Positions 1 to 10,312 are shown, counted from the stretch's first letter. The stretch is DNA of 64,000 nt from a bacterium (GCA_963663405.2 CAXXSM010000079.1:21956-85955), one strand, 5' to 3'. Translations and numbers: made by a program. Notes: generated by a model from the letters alone, not told the origin.

Positions 1-940
1 TGGAGAATCGGCGGATATTGACTGCGTGTTTATAATACTCACGCATCATCTCTTCTTCCGCGAGCCGTCCCCGCCGGTCTCTATAACCGAGACGTTTGGA
101 AACTTCATGCTGAAGCGGCAGCGCCAAGACGTCTTGTTCTTTTCCCGTCAGGAAATGGAGATCATTGCGCAACCGCCAGAGAAAAGCGATTGCTTCTTCG
201 ACCATTGTCATCATTTGATCGTCGATTAGATGGCTGCGCTTCAGGTGGAGGAGTTTCATGGTTCTCCCCTCCCAAAGCGAAGCCGTCCAGATTCCCAAAT
301 GATAATCCCGCAGACCGCCTTTGCTTTCTTTCACATTCGGTTCGGAGATGTTGATCGTTAAGCCGAACCGGGAAGCGCGTTCTTCGCTCTCCCTCACTTT
401 CCGCCGGATATATTCATACCGGTTTTTCCAGAGCCGGCGCCACAAATCATTTTTAAATCGTTCAAACAACCGCCAATCGCCTGACAGGAAACGGCTTTCA
501 CACATCGCCGTCTGACTATGCGTGTCCCTTACCGCGATATCGAGCGCTTCTTTATAACTCCGGCAGCAATGTCCGACTTGAAAACCAAGGTCGAAGAGAT
601 TGCGGAAAATCCCTTTAACCAGTTCGCTCTCCTTCTTACTCAATGGATTCACATGGAGAAACATGATATCCACGTCGGATTTTGGATGCAGTTCCCGCCG
701 CCCATACCCCCCTTGAGCCAGCAAAAGAATATGCGAAGGCGGTTCATCACGATCAAGGATTCGCTGCAGATGGTAGAGATAGATCCTTAAAATCAAGGTA
801 TCCGTGGTTTCGACCATCTCGCGAACCACTTCACGCGGATCTTCATTCGCCTCATGCAAATGGCGAATCGCTGAGACGTCGTTTGTATAATGAGCGTAAC
901 CGCTTGATATTTCTGTATCTACAACAGAAGAAAGAGCCAT
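1..940 (-). CDS. glnD: [protein-PII] uridylyltransferase, N-terminal part (runs off the left edge; absent from the ORF track)
   Basis: Manual minus-strand translation from ATG 940 gives MALSSVVDTE...LLAQGGYGRRELHPKSDVDIMFL...EPNVKESKGGLRDYH...FLWRLRNDLHF. These are the GlnD nucleotidyltransferase and middle-domain motifs. Confidence 0.9.
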   Translation of the reverse strand, partial: MALSSVVDTEISSGYAHYTNDVSAIRHLHEANEDPREVVREMVETTDTLILRIYLYHLQRILDRDEPPSHILLLAQGGYGRRELHPKSDVDIMFLHVNPLSKKESELVKGIFRNLFDLGFQVGHCCRSYKEALDIAVRDTHSQTAMCESRFLSGDWRLFERFKNDLWRRLWKNRYEYIRRKVRESEERASRFGLTINISEPNVKESKGGLRDYHLGIWTASLWEGRTMKLLHLKRSHLIDDQMMTMVEEAIAFLWRLRNDLHFLTGKEQDVLALPLQHEVSKRLGYRDRRGRLAEEEMMREYYKHAVNIRRFS

Positions 941-1658
941 AAGTTATAACACGGGATATTTATCCAAATAAATTCATTACAAGACCACTCTTTCAACATA
1001 GTATGATCGCTGACACAAGCGGTCAAGGCTGTTTTGTCTAACATGACGGCGATTAACCGAAATCTCAATGATACATCCATAGATATAGATGTTCACAACC
1101 ATTCGTTATACAAAATATAGTGGATTCATATACTATTATCGCTTTATCGCCGTATTATTATGTATTTATAATAATTATATATCTTTTCATAAAATGCGCG
1201 GGGGGGTAAATTTAGGAGAAGCGAATGGACGCGCTTGCTCTCATGAAATTTTACAAAATCTTCTGCTTTCCGCACTGATCTTTTAAAAATTGATCAGCGC
1301 TACTAGACTTGTAATAATATTATTTTGAGTTCATTAATCACGCAGCGGCGGATAGGCTCTGTACTCAGCGCAAGCGCAGGGCCATTTAACAAAACTTCAT
1401 CATGCTGTGTAAAGCAAACAACCAACACCTATATGGTTAGGTTTCGGCTGCTTGCCGTTTCGTCATTAATAAACGCCAGATTCTATTATCCATGATATTA
1501 TTGATTTAGGATTCCGTTTTACTCGATTTACGAACAATCCTAACGAATCCTACGTCCAAACACCGTACAACAAATTTCTCCTATGCCACAAGCGCTGTTT
1601 GGAGAGAAATGCAGCAGAGCGGGATTAAATAGCTGGCAAAGAATCGAATAGTAGCCCT

Positions 1659-1748
1659 CATGATTGAGATCACAATAGCAAATGAAAATGAGTCGCGGTA
1701 GGGCGCCTCACGCTTTATCGACCCACCGGGAAACTCATTTTCATATAA
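1659..1748 (+). repeat. Dispersed structured element A, copy 1 (core replaced by a REP)
   Basis: CATGATTGAGATCACAA..AATGAAAATGAGT-[GTAG REP]-AAACTCATTTTCATATAA. Confidence 0.85.
1698..1727 (+). repeat. GTAG-REP family 2, chimeric copy nested in element A
   Basis: GTAGGGCGCCTCACGCTTTATCGACCCACC. The left arm matches the 3525 copy and the right arm matches the 48756 copy. Confidence 0.7.
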
Positions 1749-1753
1749 ACCAT

Positions 1754-1842
1754 CATGATTGAGATCACAACCACAGATGAAAATGAGCTGCGAGAGTAAT
1801 CTCGAACGAGTAAGTCTTAAAAACTCATTTTCATATAAAAGG
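1754..1842 (+). repeat. Dispersed structured element A, copy 2 (tandem with copy 1)
   Basis: CATGATTGAGATCACAACCACAGATGAAAATGAGCTGCGAGAGTAATCTCGAACGAGTAAGTCTTAAAAACTCATTTTCATATAAAAGG; ends about 10 nt before ATG 1852. Confidence 0.9.
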
Positions 1843-1851
1843 ACATACTGA

Positions 1852-3474
1852 ATGAAAGGTTTTTTAGTCACCACCTTATTTTGTTTACTCATAGAATTCG
1901 TCTTACCAGGTAGAGCCTTTACAGAAATCGAAATCGTCCGCAGCCGGTTTATTCCTTTGGCGATTTACGCGGACGGTTTGCAAACCAGCCGGATGGAAAT
2001 TCAGTTGAATCCCAACGGAGAAGCGCCACTCTCCATCTCCGTCACGAATCCCTACCAATCGATCTTGATCGATGGGCAATGGGAAAGTGTTCTTACATTA
2101 TATGACGATGGAACCAATGGTGACATTACCGCAGGGGATGGAATCTACACTCGAAATGGAATTCAAGTCAGTGGAGACACGATCCTCCGCTACCGGGACC
2201 ATACCGTCGACCGTCTTTCATTCTACCCCTTCGCCAACCTGATCGCCAATACGACAGAGGGCAGTCAAATCGTTCCTTTCTCTTCGCACAACGCGCCATC
2301 CTTGGGTCTCGTTTCACCGGATGTAGGAATTCAGGTTTATGAACCCGCTTCCGATATACGAATGAGTGACCGGATCGTCAATATGATTATTGAGAGTCCG
2401 TTTGAAGACAGCTTTCATCAATCCGGCGCCGTCCTCGAAGAGGGAACCATCCAGAATCAAGCCTTACGCCGTTTCTTCCAACTTTTTCACGATGAATACG
2501 ATTTCATCTTTCTTCTCCCGGAATCAAACGTGATGGGAGACTATCCGATTCACACTCTGATCACGAATGATGTCAGCGGTATCGGTCTCAGCGCAGAGAT
2601 CGACTATAGCCAATCGGTTGGAAGCGAGGGATATTTAAAAGGTGTGATGCGGCTGCCGATGGATCCAAATGGTTCATTTCTTCAAGCGATCATGAGACAG
2701 TGGGGTGTTTATCTCAGTTCCGAATTCGGTTTTGGGGGCGAACTTTACCCCAATTCCTGGGGGCTATCCAGCGTGAATGGCGCGCTGGGTGGATACAATC
2801 CCGAATCCTATGTCAATAACATGAATGGAACGGTCAACGTCGATTTTTTCCTCCCCGGCGGCTCAACGGACACAAAGCCATACGCCGATCTCGAACTCTA
2901 TCTCGCGGGAATGAAAACCGCCCAGGAAATCACGCCTGTAACAGTGATCCGTGATGGGCAGATCGAATCACAGGGCCGCACGATCACGATCCGGTTGGGA
3001 ACGCCGGAGACCATTACGATCCAACAAATCATCAACGTCCACGGGCCGCGAATTCCAGCGTATCAAGAATCCCAAACGGATTTCCGCGCGGCGTTCATTG
3101 TTCTTTCCACGCACCCATTCGAACAATCGGAACTGGCGTTCTATCACGCCATCGCCAAACACTTATCTCAAAAATACACCTCCTCCGAATATACCTTCTA
3201 TTTAGCCACTAAAGGGGAGGGAACACTGGACACAATACTCGGTGAGTTCAAAGATCCCGCGCTCTGGACTGTCCGCCGCTCCCAACCGACTCCCACTCCC
3301 GTGCAGGGCGATTACAACGCCGACGGACGAATTCACATCAACGATGTGATCCACTTAGCAAACGAATGGGGGAAAGACGTTTCACAAAATAACCGCTTTG
3401 ACTTGAATGATGACGGCGCCATCGATCAGCACGATCTCCTGCTCTTAATTGAAGGGAAAAAGGACCTGCCTTAG
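1852..3474 (+). CDS. Secreted protein: choice-of-anchor-X-like motif, degenerate zinc-metallopeptidase-like domain, C-terminal dockerin/EF-hand-like module
   Basis: Signal peptide; LYDDGTNGDITAGDGIYT; DEYDFIF...FLQAIMRQWG...YADLELYLAG; PTPTP linker; GDYNADGRIHINDV and DLNDDGAIDQHDL loops. Confidence 0.7.
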   Translation: MKGFLVTTLFCLLIEFVLPGRAFTEIEIVRSRFIPLAIYADGLQTSRMEIQLNPNGEAPLSISVTNPYQSILIDGQWESVLTLYDDGTNGDITAGDGIYTRNGIQVSGDTILRYRDHTVDRLSFYPFANLIANTTEGSQIVPFSSHNAPSLGLVSPDVGIQVYEPASDIRMSDRIVNMIIESPFEDSFHQSGAVLEEGTIQNQALRRFFQLFHDEYDFIFLLPESNVMGDYPIHTLITNDVSGIGLSAEIDYSQSVGSEGYLKGVMRLPMDPNGSFLQAIMRQWGVYLSSEFGFGGELYPNSWGLSSVNGALGGYNPESYVNNMNGTVNVDFFLPGGSTDTKPYADLELYLAGMKTAQEITPVTVIRDGQIESQGRTITIRLGTPETITIQQIINVHGPRIPAYQESQTDFRAAFIVLSTHPFEQSELAFYHAIAKHLSQKYTSSEYTFYLATKGEGTLDTILGEFKDPALWTVRRSQPTPTPVQGDYNADGRIHINDVIHLANEWGKDVSQNNRFDLNDDGAIDQHDLLLLIEGKKDLP

Positions 3475-3524
3475 AGCCGAGATTTGAACCACCATACAAA
3501 CGTTATATAGAATTATGCCAGCAT

Positions 3525-3587
3525 GTAGGGCGCCTCGCGCTTTATCGAGGCGCCATTTTCGCGAATCATTCCCGGTGGGTCATAAAG
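3525..3587 (+). repeat. GTAG-REP family 2 hairpin with conserved tail and an inverted half-copy
   Basis: GTAG-GGCGCCTCG-cgcttta-TCGAGGCGCC, then ATTTTCGCGAATCATTCCC, then GGTGGGTCATAAAG (reverse complement of the 48756 right arm). Confidence 0.75.
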
Positions 3588-3600
3588 ACACTTCTGCTTC

Positions 3601-3841
3601 ACCCTTCAACCTCCAACCAAAACCTCTATTTAACTTAGCGGGTGGCCAGGGCAAGGTTTTTTTTCTGCCCTGGCGCTACGTTCCAAAAATCACACTATAA
3701 CCCTTCAGCCTCCAACCTAAACCCCTATTTAACTTAGCGGGTGGCCAGGGCAAGGTTTTTCATCTGCCCTGGCGCTACGTTCCGGAAATCATGACGCAAC
3801 CCTTCCGCCTTCCGTCTTCAACCTAAACCCCTATTTAACTT
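3601..3841. repeat. ~99-bp tandem repeat (about 2.4 units); each full unit carries a GTAG-REP family 1 hairpin
   Basis: CTATTTAACTTAGCGGGTGGCCAGGGCAAGGTTTTT..TCTGCCCTGGCGCTACGTTCC occurs twice (hairpins 3645-3679 and 3744-3778). A partial third unit overlaps the stop codon of the 3831 ORF. Confidence 0.85.
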
Positions 3842-5134
3842 CTTCCGCCTGCTTTTCCAATGTGAGGAGGACTTTCACCGCTTTAGGGATAGGCGCCTCG
3901 TCCTGTACATATTGTTTTAGCTTGCGAAGATGATTTTTCATATCGTAATAACTTTGATAGAATTCCAAGAGAGAGGGGAGAGACCGTTCGTCTTTCTTCG
4001 CATGTTTCATCGCGGAATCAAGCCGGTCGACCGCTTGCTCATATCTCCCTGTCGCAAGCAGAGAAAGGCCGTACGCGGTTTGCGCTTCCAGGTCATCGGG
4101 AGCGAACGTTAGCAGAGATTTCAATTCCTTCCTCGCCTTGAAATACTGCCGTCCGGCGAATAATTTTTTCCCCTTCTCCAACATTAGTTGGGCCGGACTG
4201 AGTGTCAGTGGGGAATCCTCGTCTTGATTCACAATCTCACGCAAGTCCACCGTGATCGGAGACAGATGCGAAGACGGATTAACATTCGTAGAAATATCCT
4301 CATCCGCTTGCGTATCAGATCGCCGAGGAACACCGCGGAAAAAACTCCTATTTTCAACAGGCGGCAGAGTCGGCGTCATCGTAGGTTTCGGCCGCGGCGC
4401 CGCTGTCGGCGTGGAAAGGGGATCAGCGTTGGAATCGGTGTTTGAGAAACGGCCGGTCCCATCGATATACGTGGCATCAATGTGTCACGTAGATTAAATC
4501 CTGCGCCCGGTGGCGGCATATGAATAACATTTCTCTGCCGGGTTATGATATCTTCATCAAACGCCCTGGCGCCTTTCATCCACGAGTCGCCATAGATTTG
4601 GAAGGATGGATCCCTGAAATATTGATTATTTGGCCGCAGAGGAGGAGCCCCCCCTCCACCGGTTGGATGCATAATATAAGGTTTATTAATAATATAAGCA
4701 ATGTTGAGAATGCGCGCATTATTAATAATCTGGGCGTTGTTGAGAATATAGGGATTGTGAAGTGTGATCGGTTGAAATCGCATGCGATCCGCTTCAAGAC
4801 GCTCTTCATTCAGAATGGCCGGTTTATTGAGCGTTTCGGCCTTATTCAGGATTTTCGCGTCATTCAAAACCTTCGAATCATTCAGTATTTTGGATTGATT
4901 GAGGATTTTAGATTGATTGAGAATGTTGACTTTGTTGAGAATCCTGGGTTTGTGAAGCAGATGCGCTTTCCGGAGAGTGCGTGGCGACATGATTCCCTGC
5001 CGATCTTCCCAGACCATCCCAAAGTCATCCACCCAGACTTTCTTTTCTTGTGGACTCTCATCCTGCGATAACGTTTCCGGAATCGAAACGCATCCCACCA
5101 GAAATGGAAGAAGAAAGAAAAACCGCTTACACAT
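3831..5134 (-). CDS. Secreted protein with hexapeptide (LNxxKI) repeats, Pro/Thr linker and C-terminal TPR; probably one gene split by a frameshift near 4410
   Basis: ORF 4376-5134 (signal peptide, ILNQSK repeats) ends in TPIPTLIPF. The other frame continues PTAAPRPKPTMTPTLPP into TPR ORF 3831-4379 (GLSLLATGRYEQAVDRL). Confidence 0.6.
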
Positions 5135-5280
5135 TATACATCTCCAACGAACGGATATCTTGAAAAAAAGATATCACACGCCGATTCGTTCCCCTGATCC
5201 GCAGGGTTTCCCTTCCTGAAGGAGTGTATCACAATCGAACGGGCCTGTCCGTCATTCACCATAGAACCAGGAATCCTATC

Positions 5281-5318
5281 AAAACAGCCCGGTCAAAAAA
5301 CATTGACCGGGCTGAAAA
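5281..5318 (-). terminator. Intrinsic terminator
   Basis: CAGCCCGGTCAA/TTGACCGGGCTG stem with a T-run on the minus strand, just after the stop at 5338. Confidence 0.75.
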
Positions 5319-5337
5319 TGCAGAGATTCTGAAAAGT

Positions 5338-6646
5338 CTATATCTCTTCTGGAACGGTGAAGGGCGTACGATAGTCACCACACAAAATCATGTTCGCTTG
5401 ATCGTCATCGATGCAGCGTTCCGTTTTCGGATCGAACCGCAAGGTCCGCTCGGTCAGATAGGCCGCGTTCGCCAAATGACAAAGCGCAGAAGACAGGTGG
5501 CCTTCTTCGACAGGCGCGTTCAGGTCTTCTACTTTGCGGCTGCGCACGCAATCGATGAAATTGGCCCAGTGATCGCCGCTTTCATCTCCACTAGGTCCTG
5601 GTTTCCGTTCACGGCCCAAGTAGACTTGGTACTTGCTGTAACTGGGAATCACCATATACCCTTTGGAGCCCAGGAATAAGTTCCCGACAACGTTGCCCCG
5701 GCTTCCCTCACCCAATTCGTCCTGTGTGATCCAATGGCGAACCTCAAAGACCATCATTTTGTTCTCTTCCGGGTATTTATACGTCGCGACCATAGTATTC
5801 GGCGTTTCCTGGTCGTCGTCAAACATGAAGTGACCGCCAAGACAGTTGATCTGACTAGGCAGGCCGACATTCAATCCCCACCGGGCGACGTCAAATTGAT
5901 GCACGCCTTGATTGCCGATATCGCCATTGCCGTAATCCCAATGCCAGTGCCAGTTATAGTGGAAGCGGTTCTCGGCTGTATGGGCGCTGATCCGCCGGGC
6001 CAAGCCATTCATTATAATGCACACCCTCCGGCGGTTCGCTCTCCGGTGTGTGGCCGATTGTGTTCCGCCATTTATAACACGTGCCTTTCGCGTAATAGAC
6101 TTCCCCGATTAATCCATCGTGGAGCATCTTCATCGCTTCTTGGATCGACGGATTGCTGCGGATTTGCGTGCCGTGTTGGACGATGCGGTTGTACTTCTTC
6201 GCCGCTTCCACGAGTTTGCGTCCTTCATAAATATTATGGGAGAGGGGTTTTTCAACATAAACATCTTTCCCCGCTTGACAGGCCCAGATCGCCATCAGTG
6301 AATGCCAGTGGTTGGGGGTGGCGATGGTCACTGCATCGATATCCTCATTTTGAAGTAAGTCTTTGATATCCGTGTATTTCTTGGGATCGTTCGGAAACCG
6401 TGGATCGTTCTTTAACCGTTCCGCCCGGTCGTTCAAGATTTCTTCATCGACATCGCACAAGGCGGCGATTTTTACATTGGGAAGTCTCTTGAATCCATCA
6501 ATATGACTCCGGCCCCGGCCATTCAGTCCCACGCACGCGACATTGATGGTGTCGTTTGCGCTCGCTCCCGCGTTAGTCAACACCGTCAAACCAACCGCCG
6601 CGCCGGTGGCGCTTTTGAGAAAATTCCTGCGTGTTTCGTTTTTCAT
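5338..6646 (-). CDS. Tat-exported Gfo/Idh/MocA oxidoreductase (frameshift near 5975)
   Basis: TRRNFLK Tat motif, VGLNGRG, ATPNHWH, DVYVEKP, WDYGNGDIGNQGVHQFD; split over ORFs 5954-6676 and 5338-6024. Confidence 0.85.
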
Positions 6647-6812
6647 AATACACTCCATTCCATTCATGAATCCCATTCTCTGTCCGAAAGGGTTTTGTGA
6701 TTGATTGTATCCCGTATAGTAAAGGTATATATGTATAGGTCAAGCGGATGGATTTTATTGTTCCCAATATTACTATCTAAGGGGAAAATTATTTCATCCG
6801 GAGTCATTATAC

Positions 6813-7871
6813 ATGAAAACGCTATCCACCATTCTTTTAACAATCGGTTTAATCCTATTCGATTCTCCCTCCCCAATTCCAGCGGCGGAGGTAACGCCGG
6901 TTCCTGTCATCTTTGATACGGATATCGGCGCCGGCATCGATGACACCTGGGCGCTCGCCATGATCCTATGCTCACCGCAGTTAGACTTAAAACTCATCGT
7001 CACCGCCTATGACAATACCGTGAACAAGGCCAAAATCGCCGCGCGGTTTTTAGAGCGGGTGGGCCGGATGGATATCCCCATCGGGATCGGAATTAAACTC
7101 AACGATAACTCTTCTCTGCAAGACGAATGGGTTAAAAACTACGATTTGAAACGCTATCCAGGAGCGATTCATGAAGACGGCGTGGCCGCGATGATCAACA
7201 CAATCCGCGCGTCCAGCGGAACCATTACTCTTATCGCGGTAGGGCCTTATACAAACATTCACGAAGCCCTGCGCCGGGCGCCGGATATCACCCAGAAAGT
7301 CCGTGTGGTCACAATGAGCGGCAGTCTGAACCGGGGGTATGACGGAACATATTCCCCCGATGCGGAATACAATATCCGTGCCGACATCCCCGCCGCGAAA
7401 GCCCTCTATTCAGCGGGCTGGGATCTGACCATCGCGCCCCTCGACACCGCTGGACTGGTGTCAATTAAGGGGATGTCCTATCAACGATTGCTCAAAGAGG
7501 AGAAAGAACTCCTCCCTCTCACAGAACGGCAGCTCCGGCGCGGAGAGATCGCCCGCACACCGAAAAGTCCGTTGATCATCGCCCTGATGGAAAATTACCG
7601 TATTTGGAAAAAAGCCGGCCGGCGGAAAGCCGATCCGTTGGTTCGCAGTTCCATCCTTTATGACACCGTGGCCGTCTATTTGGCCTATGATCAATCTCTT
7701 TGTGAAATGAAGGACCTGCGTCTTCGCGTGAGTAACATTGGAATGACGGAGTTGAGTTCAAAAGGACAAGTGGCGCATGTCGCCGTTCAATGGAAAAACC
7801 AAACTCAATTTGAAGAACAATTGGCGCAGACTCTGATTAATGGGATTGTGGAGAAAAAGAAGAATCAATGA
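6813..7871 (+). CDS. Inosine/uridine-preferring nucleoside hydrolase family protein, secreted
   Basis: IFDTDIGAGIDDTWAL, VGPYTN, AEYNIRAD, APLD and LYDTVAV motifs; signal peptide. Confidence 0.85.
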   Translation: MKTLSTILLTIGLILFDSPSPIPAAEVTPVPVIFDTDIGAGIDDTWALAMILCSPQLDLKLIVTAYDNTVNKAKIAARFLERVGRMDIPIGIGIKLNDNSSLQDEWVKNYDLKRYPGAIHEDGVAAMINTIRASSGTITLIAVGPYTNIHEALRRAPDITQKVRVVTMSGSLNRGYDGTYSPDAEYNIRADIPAAKALYSAGWDLTIAPLDTAGLVSIKGMSYQRLLKEEKELLPLTERQLRRGEIARTPKSPLIIALMENYRIWKKAGRRKADPLVRSSILYDTVAVYLAYDQSLCEMKDLRLRVSNIGMTELSSKGQVAHVAVQWKNQTQFEEQLAQTLINGIVEKKKNQ

Positions 7872-7890
7872 AATTGTAATTCAGATACAA

Positions 7891-9417
7891 TTATCGAATC
7901 TCCTGCCACCGGTTCCCATCGCGGACAAGAAGCGAATTCGCTTCTTCAGGGCCAAGGCTTCCTTTCTCATAAAACACGAGTGGCAGAGACGGCTCCACTT
8001 CGATCGCTTGGATGACTGGATCCATAAATTCCCACGCTCTTTCAATCGCGTCTTTCCGGGCAAATAGCGTTAAATCACCACGGGCGCAATCGAGCAACAA
8101 CCGTTCATACGCTTCAGGAGGGCGCCGTTCAAATCCCGCGGCGTATTTAAAGTTCATATCCACATTCCCGATCTTTAACCGGTCACCCGGTTCTTTACAT
8201 ACAAAGCGCAGTGAAATCCCTTCATCCGGCTGAATCCGCATAATCAGCACGTTTGGATCGATCATTTGACAAACGTCTTCCCGCCCGAACAGGCAAAAAG
8301 GAATCGGGTTGAACTGGATCGCAATCTCCGTCACGCGCCGTTGCAACGCCTTCCCAGCCCGGAGATAAAACGGCACGCCCTGCCAACGCCAATTATCCAC
8401 CATCACTTTCATCGCGGCGTACGTAGGCGTATGGGAATCGGGAGACACATCCGCTTCCTCCCGGTACCCTTTGTATTGCCCGTAGACGGTATGATTCTGA
8501 ATCGCTGAACCAAGCAGCGGACGCAAAGACCGCAGCAACTGCAGTTTCTGATCGCGGATATCATTCGCTTGAAATGTAACCGGCATTTCCATCGAACAGA
8601 GCGAAAGAATTTCGAGCAAATGGTTTTGAACGATATCCCGGAAAACACCGGTCTCTTCATAAAAACTGGCGCGGCCCTCGATGCTGATATCTTCCAACGC
8701 GGTGATTTGCACGCAGTCAATAAACTTCCGGTTCCACAACGGCTCAAAAATCGAATTCCCGAAACGAAACACGAGGATATTTTGAACGGTTTCCTTTCCT
8801 AGATAATGATCGATACGGAAAATCTGATCTTCCTCAAGCATTTCCAGAAGAGTTTGATTGAGACGCCGCGCCGATGCGAGATCACGGCCAAAAGGTTTTT
8901 CAATGATGATCCGCTGCCAAGATTTCGAAGAAGGAGCCTGTTTCTGAATCAGCCCCGCCTTGGTCAAGTGGGAGAGAATGACGGGAAACACCTTTGGTGG
9001 TGTGGAAAAATAGAAAATCCGATTGCCATTCGTTCCCCGCTCGCGGTCGATCTCCTCGATCTGTTTACGGAGAGCGTCATACATCTCTTCTTTGTACACA
9101 TCCCCGCTCATGCAAGTCAGCGACGGCGCGAACCGGCGCCAAATCTCCTCATCAAATAAGGGGGAGAATTTCGAAGTGGATTCATGATGCAGATCCCGGA
9201 ACGCCTCGACAGACGACGCCCGGCGGCTTACACCCATGACGGCAAAAGGCTCCTTGAGCAACCCTTCCCGGAACAGATTGTAACAGGCGGGGATCAATTT
9301 CCGCTTGGCTAAATCCCCCGTCCCTCCAAAAATGATCAAGAGAAATGGATCGGGCCGTTCCAAATCGCCGTCCTGAGCGGATTTATGTAAATGAAACATC
9401 GTTTCCAATTCAAGCAT
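7891..9417 (-). CDS. zwf: Glucose-6-phosphate 1-dehydrogenase
   Basis: IFGGTGDLAKRKL, IEKPFG, RIDHYLGKE, WQGVPFYLRAGK, AYERLL; ATG 9417 follows a GGAG RBS. Confidence 0.95.
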   Translation of the reverse strand: MLELETMFHLHKSAQDGDLERPDPFLLIIFGGTGDLAKRKLIPACYNLFREGLLKEPFAVMGVSRRASSVEAFRDLHHESTSKFSPLFDEEIWRRFAPSLTCMSGDVYKEEMYDALRKQIEEIDRERGTNGNRIFYFSTPPKVFPVILSHLTKAGLIQKQAPSSKSWQRIIIEKPFGRDLASARRLNQTLLEMLEEDQIFRIDHYLGKETVQNILVFRFGNSIFEPLWNRKFIDCVQITALEDISIEGRASFYEETGVFRDIVQNHLLEILSLCSMEMPVTFQANDIRDQKLQLLRSLRPLLGSAIQNHTVYGQYKGYREEADVSPDSHTPTYAAMKVMVDNWRWQGVPFYLRAGKALQRRVTEIAIQFNPIPFCLFGREDVCQMIDPNVLIMRIQPDEGISLRFVCKEPGDRLKIGNVDMNFKYAAGFERRPPEAYERLLLDCARGDLTLFARKDAIERAWEFMDPVIQAIEVEPSLPLVFYEKGSLGPEEANSLLVRDGNRWQEIR

Positions 9418-9496
9418 ACTGTTCTCCCATCCCAGCGTCTTTTTTTTGTGAACGCGCGCTGGAATCATTGGGTGAATCGCGTTTTGGGTATTTATA

Positions 9497-10312
9497 TTAT
9501 CGCCAGTGAGAGACGCCGGGTCTATGTGTCTGGATTTGGTATAAACTCGTTCGAGCGGTGATATACAACGTTTTATAATCCGATCCGCCAAAGGCGCAGT
9601 TAGCCGGACGTTGAGGCAGTTCAATTGTTTCCAACCGGTTTCCCTTCGGATCCAAGACAACGATCCCTTCCGTGGACATGGCGTACAGATTTCCCTCCAC
9701 ATCCACTTTCATTCCATCCGGGCGGCCCACCTTGGCGAACACGCGACCTTCCTCCAGATCACCATCCGCTGTAACGCGAAAGAGATGTATCTCCTCTTGC
9801 TGTGTATCGGCGATATAAAGATGGCTCTCATCAGGAGTGAACGCCAATCCGTTCGGCCGATCCAATTCCTTGGTCAAAAGAATGGGGGAGGAGCCAGGGA
9901 GTACACGGAAGACACCGTTGAATGGGAGTTCTCTCTCTTCCTCCTTGGTTCCATAAGGCGGATCGGTGAAATAGACGATCCCATCGGAGCGGGAGACACA
10001 ATCGTTGGGACTGTTGAGACGTTGGTTTTGATAGTGGTCCGCGATGGAAACAACCGATCCATCGGGATTCGTCCGGCTTACCCGGCGGGCTTCATGTTCG
10101 CAGGCGATTAGACATCCCTCTGGATCAATAGTCAAACCATTGGATTGATTACTTGGAGAACGCCAAACAGAAAGCCCCTCATCCTCGCACCAGCGATAAA
10201 TCGTACTCTCCGGAATATCGCTAAACAGCAGATAACCGTCTTTATGCCAGACGGGGCCTTCGAGAAAAGTAAACGATTCAGCGATTGTTTTAACTGCGGA
10301 GGAGAAGATCAT
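9497..10312 (-). CDS. SMP-30/gluconolactonase family protein
   Basis: EGPVW, FSDIP, SNGL, NSPND, PNGLAF and PDGMKVD motifs. Confidence 0.9.
   Translation of the reverse strand: MIFSSAVKTIAESFTFLEGPVWHKDGYLLFSDIPESTIYRWCEDEGLSVWRSPSNQSNGLTIDPEGCLIACEHEARRVSRTNPDGSVVSIADHYQNQRLNSPNDCVSRSDGIVYFTDPPYGTKEEERELPFNGVFRVLPGSSPILLTKELDRPNGLAFTPDESHLYIADTQQEEIHLFRVTADGDLEEGRVFAKVGRPDGMKVDVEGNLYAMSTEGIVVLDPKGNRLETIELPQRPANCAFGGSDYKTLYITARTSLYQIQTHRPGVSHWR

Noticed and set aside
26-942. Plus-strand ORFs in the track
   Set aside because: They are shadows of glnD on the minus strand.
1300-1650. Hairpins in the glnD/secreted-protein intergenic region (e.g. TTAGGATT...AATCCTAA)
   Set aside because: No recognisable riboswitch or sRNA motif and no second copy.
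1581-1892. 103-aa ORF (also 23542-23805 and 58308-58490)
   Set aside because: These are translations of element A (YENEF / MKMSCGS motifs) in inconsistent frames and strands.
3601-3841. Possible CRISPR array
   Set aside because: Only about 2.4 units, the 'spacers' resemble each other, the period is 99 bp and there are no cas genes. It is a REP-containing tandem repeat.
9418-9702. N-terminal extension of zwf
   Set aside because: It overlaps the lactonase gene; the RBS supports ATG 9417.
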